Assembly: GCA_028023455.1 (NCBI GenBank)
Contig: JAQFVV010000009.1
Location: forward strand, 12,524,001 to 12,588,000
Direction of reading: 5' to 3'
Length of the DNA stretch: 64,000 nucleotides
DNA from: Epiperipatus broadwayi
Taxonomy: Eukaryota; Animalia; Onychophora
In this document: piece after piece, positions 25,791-39,848 of the stretch
Position numbering within the stretch: position 1 is the first letter of the stretch
Layout of the letters: each line of letters starts with the position of its first letter
Translations under genes and position numbers: made by a program
Notes under the pieces: generated by a model
What the model saw: the letters and a program-made list of their open reading frames with translations, nothing else
Databases searched by the model: none
What the model was told of the DNA's origin: nothing

Positions 25791-27144
25791 GGTGCTAGTA
25801 TTATAGACAAAGACGCCATTCGATTGGGCCATTTACATGCTAAAACTATAAAATATGAACATTCCCAGGCCATTGATTTTAATCATTTTGATGTGTTTTT
25901 TGTAATGCGAAAATAAAAAAAATAAAAAAATCGTCTTTTTTAAATATTATTTTTTATTAACATATGCAAATTAAATGATAACAATAAATGTAAAATAAAA
26001 TCAACAAATTACAATTTGATTCGTGTTTTTTATTTTGCTTTATTAGAAAAAACAATTTTCAATCGGATATTTTTTTAGTGGGGTTACGGCCTTTTTTGTT
26101 GTTGTTGTTTAAAAACTCATAATAGGAATAAAAAGTAAAATTTCGTAGTCTTCCTTTTAAATTTTAATTATTACAGAGAAACAGATATTATTGTGTTACC
26201 GTTATTTTTTACTTTTTTAGTCTTTGTTTTACATTTTAATTTTTTACAGAGAAACAGATATTATTGCTATTTTTTACTTCAAATAGAATGACAACAAAAA
26301 GTAAAAGTTGTTAGGGTTAGGGTTAGGGTTAGTTTTACGTTTAGGGTTAGGGTTCTGTTGTTTGTAATGCTAAAATAAAAAATATCAAAATCGTATTTTT
26401 GTAAATATTTTTTTTAATTAACATATATAAAATAAATGATAACAATAAACGTAAAATATCTTCAACAAAGTATAACAGTAGTCGGAGAAAAGAAAGAAAT
26501 AAAAGTTTTTTAAACAACAACAAATATATATATAAAATGTCTTCTTTACTTATTAACCATGTTTATAATATATGCTTTTTATGAAATTTAAAAAAAGAGT
26601 GTAGAATTGTACTTTTCTTACTGGATATTTTTGTGTTACCACTATTTTTCACTTCAAAAATAAACACATGGTAGAATATTGTTTGTCTCATGGAATGTTA
26701 CGAACAGTACGTTACTTGACGCATTACCTAATTCCAACTCACTTTATACATATATCTTGTCAACATTCTCCCACTTAAAACTTCAATACAGTATGGTGTA
26801 AAGAGTCGGATAATTATTACTTTAGAAAATCTGAACATTTCAATACTTTAAAAAAAAAAAATTCAATCAAAACAACATTTCCATCCAATTCAAATACACA
26901 CACCCTCTCACCAAGTCATAACAATTGTATAAACTGTGCGAATTTGCCAAATTTATTTGCTGCAATGTGACATACATGCTGTGCTGCAACATGGCATAGC
27001 GGCCTGCAATCTGTAGCACAACAAAAAAGTTGTATTATAGAAAACGCAGGTTCGAATGTATCAGCTGCAGAAACGGCCTTTTTAATGTGTTTTAGCATGA
27101 AAACGGGACCATCGAGCGGCATCTTTGTCTATAAGACTACAACC
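25791..27144. mobile_element. Non-autonomous DNA transposon with GG-terminal TIRs and 8-bp TSD (Merlin- or MULE-like)
   Basis: Left TIR ggtgctagtattatagacaaagacgcc matches the reverse complement of the right end (ggttgtagtcttatagacaaagatgcc) at 23/27. TSD AAAATTAA at 25783-25790 and 27145-27152. The empty site is visible in copy A near 17085-17095. No transposase ORF. Confidence 0.85.
26311..26354 (+). repeat. Interstitial TTAGGG array inside the TIR element
   Basis: (TTAGGG)3 TTAG ttttacgt (TTAGGG)2 TT. Confidence 0.9.
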
Positions 27145-29989
27145 AAAATTAATTTCCATATATACATGCACACACACACAAAATTAAAACTAATTATTTT
27201 TAAATGCACTCATACACTCAAAATAAATGGTTAGAATGATTAAGGAACTAATATATATATATATAAATTGCATGTAAACAAAGAAATCAGATTATATTGA
27301 CTTAAGGCCTTTTTAGTATAGTTTTTTCTTCTAAAATTTTAAAAAGAATAGTCTTATCATGGTATTTTATTTACTGAGCAGAATGGCATGAAAATCATGA
27401 CGTTTTCTTTGTCGACTAGTTTTCTGTTAAATGTTCTATTTTTCAAGACAAAATAAAGGCAATCAATTTTCCATTAATCCTGAGTTAGGCATGGTGCATT
27501 AGTAGACTTTAGTGCCTAGCAATGCATATTTTTCTGGCCAAACAACAAGTGATCCTTAATTTCATATTTCTGACAGATGATTTTCTTTTCATAAACTACA
27601 GTAACTGTGAAATTTTTTTTAGCCAGTTAAAAGTTCATAAAAGCTAAAAAGTTTATAGTGACAAATTCTCAGTCCAGATCAAATTAAAATAATGAATGAA
27701 CCAATAATAATGCCCCCCAAAATATGTCCTCTTATATTTTCTCTTTTATCAAAATTTTTATAAATTTTTTTTAATTACAAGTATAAAATTGGTCAGTAAT
27801 TAAAAGACAGTAATAAATTGAAGACTTCTTATCTCTTAATTACTGTTTGTAGATTTTTTTTATCAGTAAATCTGATCAAATTAAATTTTCTTCAAACCCC
27901 ACAAAAAAATATAATTATTTCAATTTTTTTTCTTAATTTAAGTCATCTTACATTGATTTAAATTTTTTATTAAAATTCATTTTAATAAGTAATATGTTTA
28001 TTTATCCAAATAAGATGCTTTCATATATTTAACCTCTGCACTCACATTCATGCCTAAAGTTCTTAATAATAATAATATTTTACATCTAAAAGAACTTTAA
28101 ATAATTTTTAACAATTGAGTACATGCTTCCTAATCTGGATGACTATTATAGTATATATAGGAGAATGCAAAAATATGTTAAATTTCAATTTAATTAACAG
28201 CCTGATTATGTGCATATTTATAATGATTCTATTGTTTATTATTATTAAACATTACCTTCTAGCAATCATATAAATAGCATTTTCCCCGAATTATTTGTCA
28301 TTTATTTGACCTTTCATGAAACTCGAAGACACATTTATTATTTGATATATAATCTCATGTTGGCCATCTTCTCTATTATAGTGCTAGGAAAACATTATGG
28401 ATTTTTTTCATGAATTACATTACCTTGCAATATGGACTAAATAAGACAATTTAAACCTGATCATCTGAGCTTCAAGTAAAAGTACGAATCATAATCTGAC
28501 CAAGATTTTACTGTTCATTTTCCTTGACAGCATCAGTTTAAAAACATACACAGTCATCTGTTTTTTTTTTGGCATATAACTTTCATATCATTAGTGAAAA
28601 CAATAAATTTTGATTTTCATTTTTAAAGATATATTGATATATATATATTTATTTATTTATTCTGGGGTTTTTATTGCAATTTTACCCATTGTTAGTCTAT
28701 AATAAATCTCTTAACCACTCATTTTTTGTTATTGATGCAGGATCTATTTTTATGCCTTTATTATCAATTTTAAGGTCAAATGCCATCCCTAACATAATAA
28801 TTTTCATCATTTTTATATTTAGCTATAATCACATCTTTTCACACTTTTGTTTAACTTTCTTAACAAGGGTGTAAAAATTTTCTCTATTTTAATTTATAGG
28901 TACAATAGTATTCCAATTTTGTAAATTTCAATCATTTGTTTTCCACATTCTCAAAGCTTCTGCTCAATATTTGTTGCTAGTGTCACTTATTTGCAATTAT
29001 CCTATCAATAAAATATGTTTCTGTTTGAACAATTTATACCCAATAGAGATATTCTACAGGGTCATCATTTCCATAAATATTATTCACAATCTATATGTAA
29101 TGAAATCTCAGTCCATCAGTTTTTCAAGTGGTAGAGAATCAGATATCTATTAAAAATCATAGATAAAAACAATAATTATTCACTGAAATATATAAAAGGC
29201 ACAATTTGATTTTATAATTCAAAAGATTCTACACAAATTTCTGTACAAATTATTTGAAAAGAGTGTAAGATTATATATATATGAATGTATGTAAATGTAA
29301 TATCACAACAATCATATATGTTTAAAAATTTAGAATTAATATAAAGAATAATAATTATATATTTGCAGAACTTTTATATTTTCATAAACAATCTTGATTT
29401 TAGATTTGCAAATAAATATAATTTAATAAAAACATTTAAATGATAATTCAAGATTTTATATATATTAAAATTTTTTTAAACAATAACATATTTGTTTTAT
29501 GCAAATCTAATGCTTCATTTCAAAACATAATCCTTCTGAAACTTCTAGATTATTGATATCATGAGCATGTATACTGTAAACATAAAACTTGTAATGTAGC
29601 TATTCTTTGAAACTTTTTACTTTGGTCATTGCTTCATTACTCTCAGCAAAGTTTATCACAATTTCAAGGTCATCAGATTCTCCTTTTATTTATAAAATAA
29701 ATTTTATACTATAATAATAAACAGTAAAAATAAAATGTAATAAAACTGAGTAGTGAATGAAAATGATATTTGTAACTAAGGGCAGAAGAGCTTCAATAAA
29801 CTAAAACTTTAAAATAAGCACTCATAAATTATCTTACTTTTGCAATAGTGTTTCCAAGATTTCAAGTTATCTGTAAGAAAATAATATAGAGCAAAGACTG
29901 CTGTATACTTTTTATAAAAAAATATCCGTGCAGGAAAATATTGCATTATGACCACAATTTGTCAGTGATTGATGTGATAAAATAAGAGT

Positions 29990-31260
29990 TTGAAGAATGA
30001 TGGATCCAAGAAAAAATATTATTTATGTGGCACTAATTCTAGGACCAAAAAAAAGTCAAATGAATAATGTGAAAAAAGAGATATATAAAAACAATGAATT
30101 AAAGCTTTATCGTATATTCAGTGATTAAAGTCACACAAAGATTTTTTCTGTTATACCTTAGCAACATAGATCAGACTTTCTTTTGTTACTTAATAATCTT
30201 TAGAGGTCTTACAACCATTCCACTTGTTTTTAGCATATTAGATAACTTTCAGTCCAGTACCAAATCTTTCTGACAAATCATCATTATAGCAATATTCTAT
30301 GAGCAAACTCCTTCCATCCAATTTTAAATTAATGCTAAACATTCTGTTCAACCTCTCTAGAATCAAATTAAGTCACCACTTAAATCAATTATTACACAAC
30401 AAATTTAATGATAGACTTATTTTCATCAAAACTATTATGCCCCATTACTATTATTTTTGTCTGCATCTGATAAACATTACATGCATTAATTAAACTTAGT
30501 AGATAAATTATGTATTGAGAATATCTAATCTCATATGTTGTCAATTAAAGCAAGTTACTATTTCATTTATAGGAATAGTTTGAACTTAAATTATTTCAAA
30601 CAATTTTTATCATTCATTAAAGTCAGAATGCATACCAGTCCAAAGTAATTTCTTAAATGCATTACTCTATGCTGGAAAAATTTTCTTTATAGAGATTTTA
30701 AATCAATTAAATATCCCTTCACTGGCATATATATTTCATCATTTTCTATTGCTAAAATGTTAGTCAGATTTCCAAAATCTTTATATGCAACAATCACCAC
30801 TAAAATTCTTGTTCTATTTCCTTCAGTTCTGTTCATATTTAACAATTCATTATTGTTAGATTTAAATTTTGTTTTGATCCCATGTGTGAACTATGCAGGA
30901 AGTGTCCATATGATATGCTTAATTCAGAAAGGTATATAATTCACACATACTTTCACAAATATTCAAATAATCTTAAGATCTTATTAAGAATACATATATA
31001 AAACTTTAATCCATCCAATGCCTCCATTGTTTTTCACATTGTTAGAATACTAATGCAGGATGTGATATATTTTTTTATTTGACCAAAATATATCTAAAAG
31101 AACAAATTTGTTAGAAAACTGATTTAATTCTTACTTATATCCTGTTAAATTCCTTCCAGGATATTAGATAAAATGTGGCATTTGAGAATCTTCTCTATCT
31201 GTTTTCATTACTTTATGTCTTGTTTAAAGATTATAATGTACTTAACATGTTATGTATCTA
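29990..31260 (-). mobile_element. Old L1/Tx1-clade ORF2 C-terminal relic
   Basis: Broken minus frames give IFWSNKK...KNNGGIGW (the F.W..KK...GG.G motif), followed by a W/H-rich zf-RVT-like tail (YLFFH...FFWS). Confidence 0.45.
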
Positions 31261-32533
31261 TTTTACTTTAGATCTATAGAGGATAGTCACTTCTCTGTTT
31301 GTAAATATTTAAACATTATTATTCAATAATTTAAACCAAACTGAGATCTATAAAAAATAATAAAAGTTTCAATTGTTTCTATGATCAAAATTATTAAATA
31401 AAATGAATATATATAGTTGCCATTTTTAATTATATACGTCTTTCATTTGATCAGCAATCATATATTTTACACTAACTGCAAACCGCTTTTATTTTTGGCA
31501 AAAGAATGATATAAACCAAAGCAATTTATACAAACTCAGTCTCCTGGTGAACAAAATGGATAGCATTCTATCTATTCACCAAACTTTTAGCATACCATGT
31601 AGAATGTTTACTACCCCCTTTTCTTGCCTAATATCCAAAATAATGTTTTGCAAATAACAAATTTGTAATCAACTATTACCAACACTATCTATTAACACTA
31701 TAACATTATGTATATATTAGGAATAAAACAAAATTAAACAAAACAAATAAAAGAAAATAAAACAAAATAAAATAAAGATGATAATAAAGATAAGAAAAAA
31801 AGTAGTGATTTTCTTGTGAAAGAAAAACAAATTCAATGTGAATTTCAATATAAAAGATATAATCCAGAAATGAAAAAGATTACATGTAACTATGATATTT
31901 TAGGTTAGCTAATCTTACTAACTATGAGCTCACAAATATATATAGTAAACTTATATTTAACCAAACATACCATCACACACATAAATAAAAACATCTGGAA
32001 AAAAGATAAATATATATATAGCAAAGTAATGGTCATATGTATTTCATATACAAATAAAAAAGCAAAATAATTTTGTAATATTTAAAATATTGTTTTTTTT
32101 TAAACACAAACTTGCACCCAGGCCTACCATATGACTAAAAACCATCTTTGTGCAAGATAAATTTAAGTCATCATTCCCCCTCCCTTTTCTCATTCTATGA
32201 AATAAAATTTGTAAATTAATAAAAAAAAAAACATTTTCCTCTAGCACTTTCACAAGAAAAACTTGAAAATATAGCTTTAGACATTTAATGTGTTTGATAA
32301 ATATCTTACATGTTTTATTCATTTACTTCTATAAAATAAACATGGAAAATCAAACATATTAATTAGATTTACCATGTCATCTTGATTAAAAATCTTTCCC
32401 TTAAAATCTTTTTAAATAAATCAGTTTACATGAAAAATTAAAATAATAGTAATGAAAGCATTGCACTGCTTCCTTCCTCTTCTCAGGCCAACTCTGATAT
32501 TATATAAGTAATTATATAATATATGTTACTTAC

Positions 32534-32570
32534 CTTCAGGATATGATTCTTTGGAAGTTCCATCCTTCAT
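32534..32570 (-). CDS. Candidate exon end (MKDGTSKESYPE|G), possibly a first coding exon
   Basis: Strong donor GAAG|GTAAGTA with an open frame before it. The acceptor or start is uncertain. Confidence 0.2.
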
Positions 32571-33225
32571 AACAAGAAGCAAAGAGAGCTTGGCATCTGG
32601 CTTATCTACATTATTCTCATATTTAGATCAACTTTAACTAGCATGTCAGTAATTCATTAAAAGTAGTTGTTTGTTTGAAAAGCCATTGAAAATCTCTCAA
32701 GCATAAACTTATTCATGTTTTCTATTAATTAAATTATATTCCTTCAATAATAATATATTTAAACTAACACTACTATTTAATTTTTTATCTGATGTTATTC
32801 CATGATCAAAAACTATAATTTATATATATAGTCTGATATTTTAAATTTTCTTACTTACATTGTTTATACTTTATTAAGACCACCAAACTAAGTCTTTTAA
32901 ATAATGCAACTGATATAACTCTTGCATCCCATTAACACCTTCTTATTAAAAAGAAAGTTCTTTGTTTTCAAAATCCATTCATTATTTTTAAATCAGAATC
33001 TCCATGACATAAAACTTGTTTACATTTTCTATTAAGAAGATAATAAATCTCTGGTTTATAAATAGATAATTTATTACAATAAAAATACTTTTACTTGTTT
33101 TCATTCAATAATAAAAATTTCGCATGAAATTTGTTAAGAATAAAATAATTTAGCATTCAATAGTATTTTAAAAACTATGCTTTTTACTTATTTTGTTTTT
33201 CTTAGATTTGAACCATAGTGTAGAT

Positions 33226-34129
33226 CAGTGGTCTTCAACCACCGGGCTGCAGAAGTTGTCTGTCGGTCCGCAGCTAGTCTGGCAAGAATGTTTATAATAA
33301 CAAAATAATATTTTAAACTTTTAATTAATATGAACAATTTTTATTTATTTTTTCATCACATTTATTAAAAAAAAAGAAACAGAACAAAAATACCACAAAA
33401 TCTAATCAATCATACATAAATTAATTTGTTTTTCTATTTATCACAGATGTTTATGGGGGGGGGGGTAGAAAAAAGTTTTTTATTACACAAACTCCAGTTG
33501 TCTTTTGATAGCCAATCATGGCTGCTTGTCAGCATTGTTAAAACAATAAAATGTAACGTGACTTTTTTTGATCTCTTAAATTTTTTCTACTCTCTCTTTT
33601 AATATTTCATTTTTAGTGTTTTTTTTTTGGCTATAAGGCGATTTTTTTTTTTTTTTTTGGCTTTAACTTTTTATTTTGGAAATCAATTTTTATTACCTTT
33701 TTTTAAAAATAAAAACCAAAAAATAAGTTCTGTTTCTAACTTTTGCAAAGTATTTCTCAATACACCCCCACCACCCCAAAATAAAGTAAGATCAAAACTT
33801 TTGACTTTTTCAAGTTTCGTTTTCTTTTTTTTTGTTTAAAAATACGCCCACTTTTTTTTGGCCTATAAGGCAATATTTTTTTTGGCTTTATTTGTATACC
33901 GTTAAAATACTAAAACTTTTATTTTTAAAACCAATTTCTGTTACCTTTTTTTAAAAATAAAAACAAACAAAAAATAACTTTGGTGTCTATCTTTTGTCTC
34001 AGTGACGACAACGTATTTCTCAACCTCCACCCCCCCCAAATAAAAATTTATCTGTAAACTTTTGCTGGTCCATGAAATCTTATCCTTACTTTTACTGGTC
34101 CACAGGTGTGAAAAGGTTGAAAACCACTG
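33226..34129. mobile_element. hAT (Charlie/Buster-type) non-autonomous element
   Basis: 15-bp TIRs cagtggtcttcaacc / ggttgaaaaccactg with 1 mismatch. Perfect 8-bp TSD GTGTAGAT. Internal ~120-bp direct repeats. Confidence 0.93.
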
Positions 34130-36969
34130 GTGTAGATTATGGATCAATTGTGAGTTTTTAGATAAAGAACACTTCCAACAAAAAGCTGTTTAGTAAAACA
34201 TGTAAAAAGATAATACACCATCTAAAAAAATAGATATCATTATTAAAAATAGGAAAAGCTATTTAGTAAAATGTGTTAAAAGAGAATATAGGATAGTAAA
34301 TGTTAGCATCAAATCCAGACCTGACATCTCAAAGGCAGACATTCTACCAGTACTCCCAAGTAAACAAGACAATTAAAACTTGTAAAACATAATTTCATCA
34401 TATTCACAATTACTGTAATTATGAGGCAATATTTTTAAAATAACTTTTATTTTTAAGTAAATTATTAATAATAATATTTTACTTTTTATATAAATTAGGA
34501 TATTTAAATAAAAATGATTAAGAAATCTAAACATTTTTATTTACATATAAATTTTATTAATTATAGTGATAAAATGACATTGGCCTGTTCAATTTTGTGC
34601 AATGGTAGAGTATATATGAAATATATTTTGAGGCTACTCAGAGTGTTTCTATGAATAAAATAATTCGGAAATCTAAACATTTACATATAAGTTTTATTAA
34701 TTATCACAACAAAATGGCATCAGCCTTTTCAGTTTACCATAATGATAAGATTATATATGTAGTATATTTCAAGCCGTATTCTTCTTACAAATATTTACAC
34801 TCAGAACATATTTCTAATGATGAAATTATTTGAAAATATAAACAATTTTATTTACATATAAATTTTATTAATTATTTTGGTATCTTGGCATCTCAGTAGT
34901 GAAGCACTTTTGTACTCTGCACAACCTTCATACCCACATGCAGTGGCCCTGCTCATACCAAAATTATTTTTCCTTTCTCTTTTTATACAGACAGAAGAAA
35001 ATTATTTGTATTAAATAAGCTAATAAAAAATTAAGTGTGTGAAACAATGTTGGATGCATTTTAATATTTTATTAAATCATTTCTTTTAACAAATCTATTT
35101 ACATTCACTGCAATAAGAAATGTAAGCACAGGAAATGAGAATCAGAGCCATGATTCATGGATCTTGAGCTCCAAAATTCATCACTGCATTAATCTATACA
35201 GGAAAAAATTAATTGGATGATTTATTGTTTGGGAATTTATATGAAAATTCAATGATGTTCCAGTGCCAGAAATAACAGAATTGTCTACAATCTTAAGTTC
35301 TAAAGGGTACCATTCTATTACTTCTTTAAATTATGAAAAGGAATTCTTACATTATTGTTTCAAAAACATTAAAATCATTGAAAAATGAATATGAACTTGG
35401 AAAAAAAATAGCTTGAGAACTTTAAACACTTAGTATTACGGCTTTTAAAATTCTGCATAACTTTAATTAAAATAAAAGCTTTCAATTTTTAATTTATGAT
35501 TGTAAAACAAAGAGTTTGGATTCAAAAATGAATAGAAATTGCAATTAATTAAAGGATATAAAAAATTAACAAAAACAAAAATGGTTTGTATTCTAAAATT
35601 TCATTAGAAAAATATAATGCTCAGAAAGATTAATGGTGAAAGAAGATGAGAATGAGCAGCAATGGATTTCATTATCACAATAATGAATGTATCATAAGGA
35701 ACTTAAAAAACAAACAAATGATAGATTATTTTGGAGAAAGTCAATATTAGTTGTTAGTCCCTAATAAATAATCTCCAATTTGCAATGGTGATGATGTTGT
35801 CAAAAGTTGGACACGTAGAAAGCTCCCCCCCCCCCACTGGAACTATTTTGTTTCTTTCTATATTATCATGTTCTCTTTATATTCATGAATCCAAGTTTCA
35901 AATATTCTTTCATAAGAAGATAGATTATAAAGTATGCTACACAATCAAGCAAAGGAAAGGCTTTAATAACATATCTGAGGCAAACTTATCCATTATTGTA
36001 TTTATGCTTACGTGCTGTTGTTGTTTTTTTTAAAAACGCACCTGTATATGTGTGCACATATAAATATAAAATGTTATTTATCCAAAAGGAAAATAAATGA
36101 CATAATTATTTTAATTTTAAAATAAATCTATAAAATATTCATTTATGAACATTTGGATACGACTTCTGTAATCTCAAACTCTAAAGAATTAATTAAAAGA
36201 AAGTAATTGTTACATATAAATAAATACAATTAATTTAAATAACAACTATACTAAATCAATTTAAAAGTGATTAAAAATAAAACTTACTTAATTAAAAAAA
36301 AAAAGGTTACTTTATTTAATTCATAAATAAGACATTGCTCTCCGAAAATATCTCAATAGTTTTTCCTTAATTGTTTCAAAATACTGTAGACTACTACATA
36401 TATATACTTATCCTAGAAAAACAAGTATTTACCACCCACTATATAACAAATATTACTTTGGTAAAATAATTATAAATTATAATTGCACAGAAGGTATTTA
36501 CAAAAAAAAAAAAAAACATTCCTTACATGAATGAATTCTAGGAGAGGGCAAAGGTTAAAATAATTCCTAAGCATCAACTTTCATAGAATCATTTACAAAG
36601 TTTAAAAATTAGCACAGTTTTTAAAATAATAAAAAATTATTATATAGTATTTATTATTTGCTGAAAGGAAATATATTTTAATAAATTTTGATATATTGTA
36701 ATTATCCATTAAATTAATAGATAAAATTTGAACTTAATTAATATTTTGTGATTTAAAAAAAAGATTAAAAATGGGGGCAGGAGAAAATTTTAGGGATAAG
36801 TATGCAGTATAACTTCATTATATCCTGCTATTTGCAATATAATACTATTTTTATATTACTGTATACATTAAAAAAAAACCCATTATTTTTATCATATTAA
36901 ATAATTATTATCCACTTTAATTACCTCTAGATTGTTAACAGCACATGTAAACTTTAAATTAAAAATAGC

Positions 36970-37130
36970 TTGCTCAATATATTTGTAAATAAAGAAAGTA
37001 AAATCATTTTAAATGTTGAACAAAAGATCAAGAATAGAATGAATCCACCTCTTCTTGGGAGTTCTGATGTTTTTAAGCATATCTTTGTCAACATAATTGG
37101 TAATTCAGAGTGAAATTAATTTATCAGCCA
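36970..37130. repeat. Truncated, internally deleted copy of palindrome HP-c (one arm plus the inverted loop)
   Basis: Matches an HP-c arm, then agagtgaaattaatttatcagcca, which is close to the reverse complement of the HP-c loop. Confidence 0.75.
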
Positions 37131-37276
37131 GATGGAACTTATTAGTTATTAAACTCATAATCAATTATACAAGGCTAGAGACAGCAATGTAATAATTAAA
37201 TAAGATTTAATATGTAAATTTTAAATTGAACATAGCTCAATGTATTTGCCTGAAGCTTTGCAATGGTATATTAGAT

Positions 37277-37689
37277 GTGGTAATATGTTAGACTATTTCC
37301 ACCACCTATCATTAAATGTTGAAGGAATAGAAAAATTTTAACTTTATTTGAACTTTTCAAATACAAAAAAATTGTTAGTAATAAGACACAAATAGACAAC
37401 ACAGATTAATAATTATACAATGTTTTGATTAGTATTATTTTCCACTCAAATCTTTCAGGTGTTATATTCTTCAATTGCTAATACTGTCACTGATAAGACC
37501 AGCAACACCTGAAGAAGAGTGGAGAATAATACTACTTGAAACATTATGTAATTACTAACCTGTGTTGTTTGTTTGTGTGTTATTACAAAAAAGTTGTTTA
37601 CATTTGAAATTTTTTTAAATAAAATTTAAAATTTTCTATACATTCAACATTTAATGATAGATGATGGAAATAGTCCAACATATTACGAC
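37277..37689. repeat. Long diverged palindrome HP-b
   Basis: Arms of ~185 bp (37277-37463 and 37504-37689), roughly 75-80% complementary, with a 40-nt loop. Confidence 0.85.
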
Positions 37690-37705
37690 ATAGCTCAATG
37701 TATAT

Positions 37706-38026
37706 GTAAACAAAGAGAGTAAATCATCCTCCCCAGGCTATGAATTAAAAATACTTTTAATGGTGATTAAAGGATTAAGAATAGAATAAATTCACATATT
37801 CTTGGAAGTTTTGATGTTTATAAACATATCTTTATCAATATTATTGGTAATTCTGGCCAATAAATTAATTTCACTCTGAATTACCAACAATTTTGACAAT
37901 GGTATGCTTATAAACATCAAAGCTTACAAGAATAGACAGATTCATTCTATGCATCATCATTTGTTCACCATTTAGAGTGCTTTTAAGTCATATCCTGGAA
38001 TGAGGTGATTTATTTCCTTTGTTTAC
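37706..38026. repeat. Long diverged palindrome HP-c
   Basis: Arms of ~148 bp (37706-37853 and 37878-38026), roughly 70-75% complementary, with a 24-nt loop. Confidence 0.85.
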
Positions 38027-39601
38027 TGATACAGTATGTGTATAATTAAAGCTTACTTTTACATTTCAAACTTATAGTAATATATTATATATACTTTAAA
38101 TTTTCCATAAGAATCACTATATCAATTAGTATTAAACACAACTCTGTTTCTTTTTTTTTCCATGTGTAATATTTTAAATATACTTATATATCCTAGTTCA
38201 ATAACCATATTTTAATCACATAAATAAAGACATGCAAAAAAGATAAATGACTCCCAAGATATATTTCTGGCTGAATCAACACTTTTTAGATGACCCGAGT
38301 CACATTCTCTCATATGTAAATGGTTATGATCTGAACCCTCTTTGTTAGTTCACATATGAAACATGACCTGAGCCCTTTTCAATAGACTCATATGAGAAGT
38401 AATTATAACCATGCCCAACTAAAGGATAGTAATTCATCAGAAATACACCTTGAGTATAATTTACATTTTTCAGATGTATTTATTCATGTGATTAAAGTGT
38501 GTCTGATGAAAGAGAAATTACAAATATATTTTGAAACATAACAGAGATGGGTTTTAAAAAAAATGAATGCTTGCTGAAAATATAAAACTTATGAAGTGAA
38601 TTTGCATAATATATATATACACACAAACATCATATACAAACTGCATTTTCAGTGTAACTTTTATTTTATGCAGAAAAGAAAAATATTTAAGTTGCCTATG
38701 TCATATTTTAGTGAATCGTATATAAATAACAAAATAACTATTTCAACATTCTAAAACAATTGTGCAGATAATTGTTACTCATATTGGATGAATTGACAAA
38801 TAAAATCTTCCAAATGTATCAATAGTTTATTATAATTTAAAAGAACCATTAAAAATACATTGTCTAAGTTCCTCCACAGAAACATCTTTTTGAAAGTTTT
38901 TTTTGATTGTTGTTGTATCACTTTCTAAAACTTTATTTTCTTTTATTTTGCTGGCCCTAATCAAAAACCTAACATAAAAATATACAGGTTCTAAATAAAA
39001 ATATTTTGGAGTGTCCAGAAAACTATATTAAGAGTTTAAGCTGAATGGATATAAAAATTACATTGGAAGTTTGTATTTAAAAACAAGGTTATTTTCATTT
39101 ATAATTATTATAAGTGAAATTGATGAAAATTAAGCTACATATCTTAAAATTAAAATATCAATATTAAAGAAATACATACAAAATTAATACAAACAACAGC
39201 AGTTTTTTCTTTTTCAATTCTACTGTGATCTCATCTAAACTTGAACAATCAGTGACATCAGATCAATTCCTGACTTTTGGCTTTTATCAATGAAAACTTA
39301 TTTCCAACCTGGAATCAATGCAGTTATGCATCGAATAATCACTTATAACTTTTTATATCAAGACAATAGCTTGAAAGTAAAAAAGAAAAAAAGAGATTTT
39401 GCAATCTAAATCTGTTAAGTAGCTATATATCCAATAAACCTAACAAAGATCAAAAAATTCTCACCAATATTTGGAAAATGTTGTGCTTTTATGCAAATTG
39501 GGTTTAGACAGAAAGAAGCTACTATGAATATGTTATATTTTTATCAACTTACAATAAAAATAGCTTTCAAAATTAAAAACTAAGTTGCATACTGATCTTA
39601 C

Positions 39602-39638
39602 CTGAGCTTGTGATTTTGTTTAGGAAAATGATTTTGCT
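39602..39638 (-). CDS. Candidate 37-nt exon
   Basis: Acceptor tatatttttag| and donor CAG|GTAAGA. Phase-compatible with 39789-39848. Confidence 0.3.
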
Positions 39639-39788
39639 CTAAAAATATATAAAATCTTCAAGTGCAGAAAACTATTAATTTAGCTGCCAAAATTCTCTCC
39701 AATAAAACAAATTCAAATATCACTTAATGGAAAATGTAGTAAATACAAAATTTTACAGTATGACATCTCACAGGATCAATTCACTCAC

Positions 39789-39848
39789 CTATCTTATTTA
39801 ATGTATTCATCAGTGATTTTCCAGAAATATATTCCGGAAGAAATACAT
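39789..39848 (-). CDS. Candidate 60-nt exon (VFLPEYISGKSLMNTLNKI)
   Basis: Strong donor TAG|GTGAGT and an open phase 1-1 frame. The acceptor is weak. Confidence 0.3.

Larger units (their letters stand above)
25145..28148. repeat. Unclassified repeat X, copy B (interrupted by a TIR element)
   Basis: Collinear with copy A. It has ~200 extra bp at ~25352-25557 and the 1354-bp insertion at 25791-27144. Confidence 0.85.
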
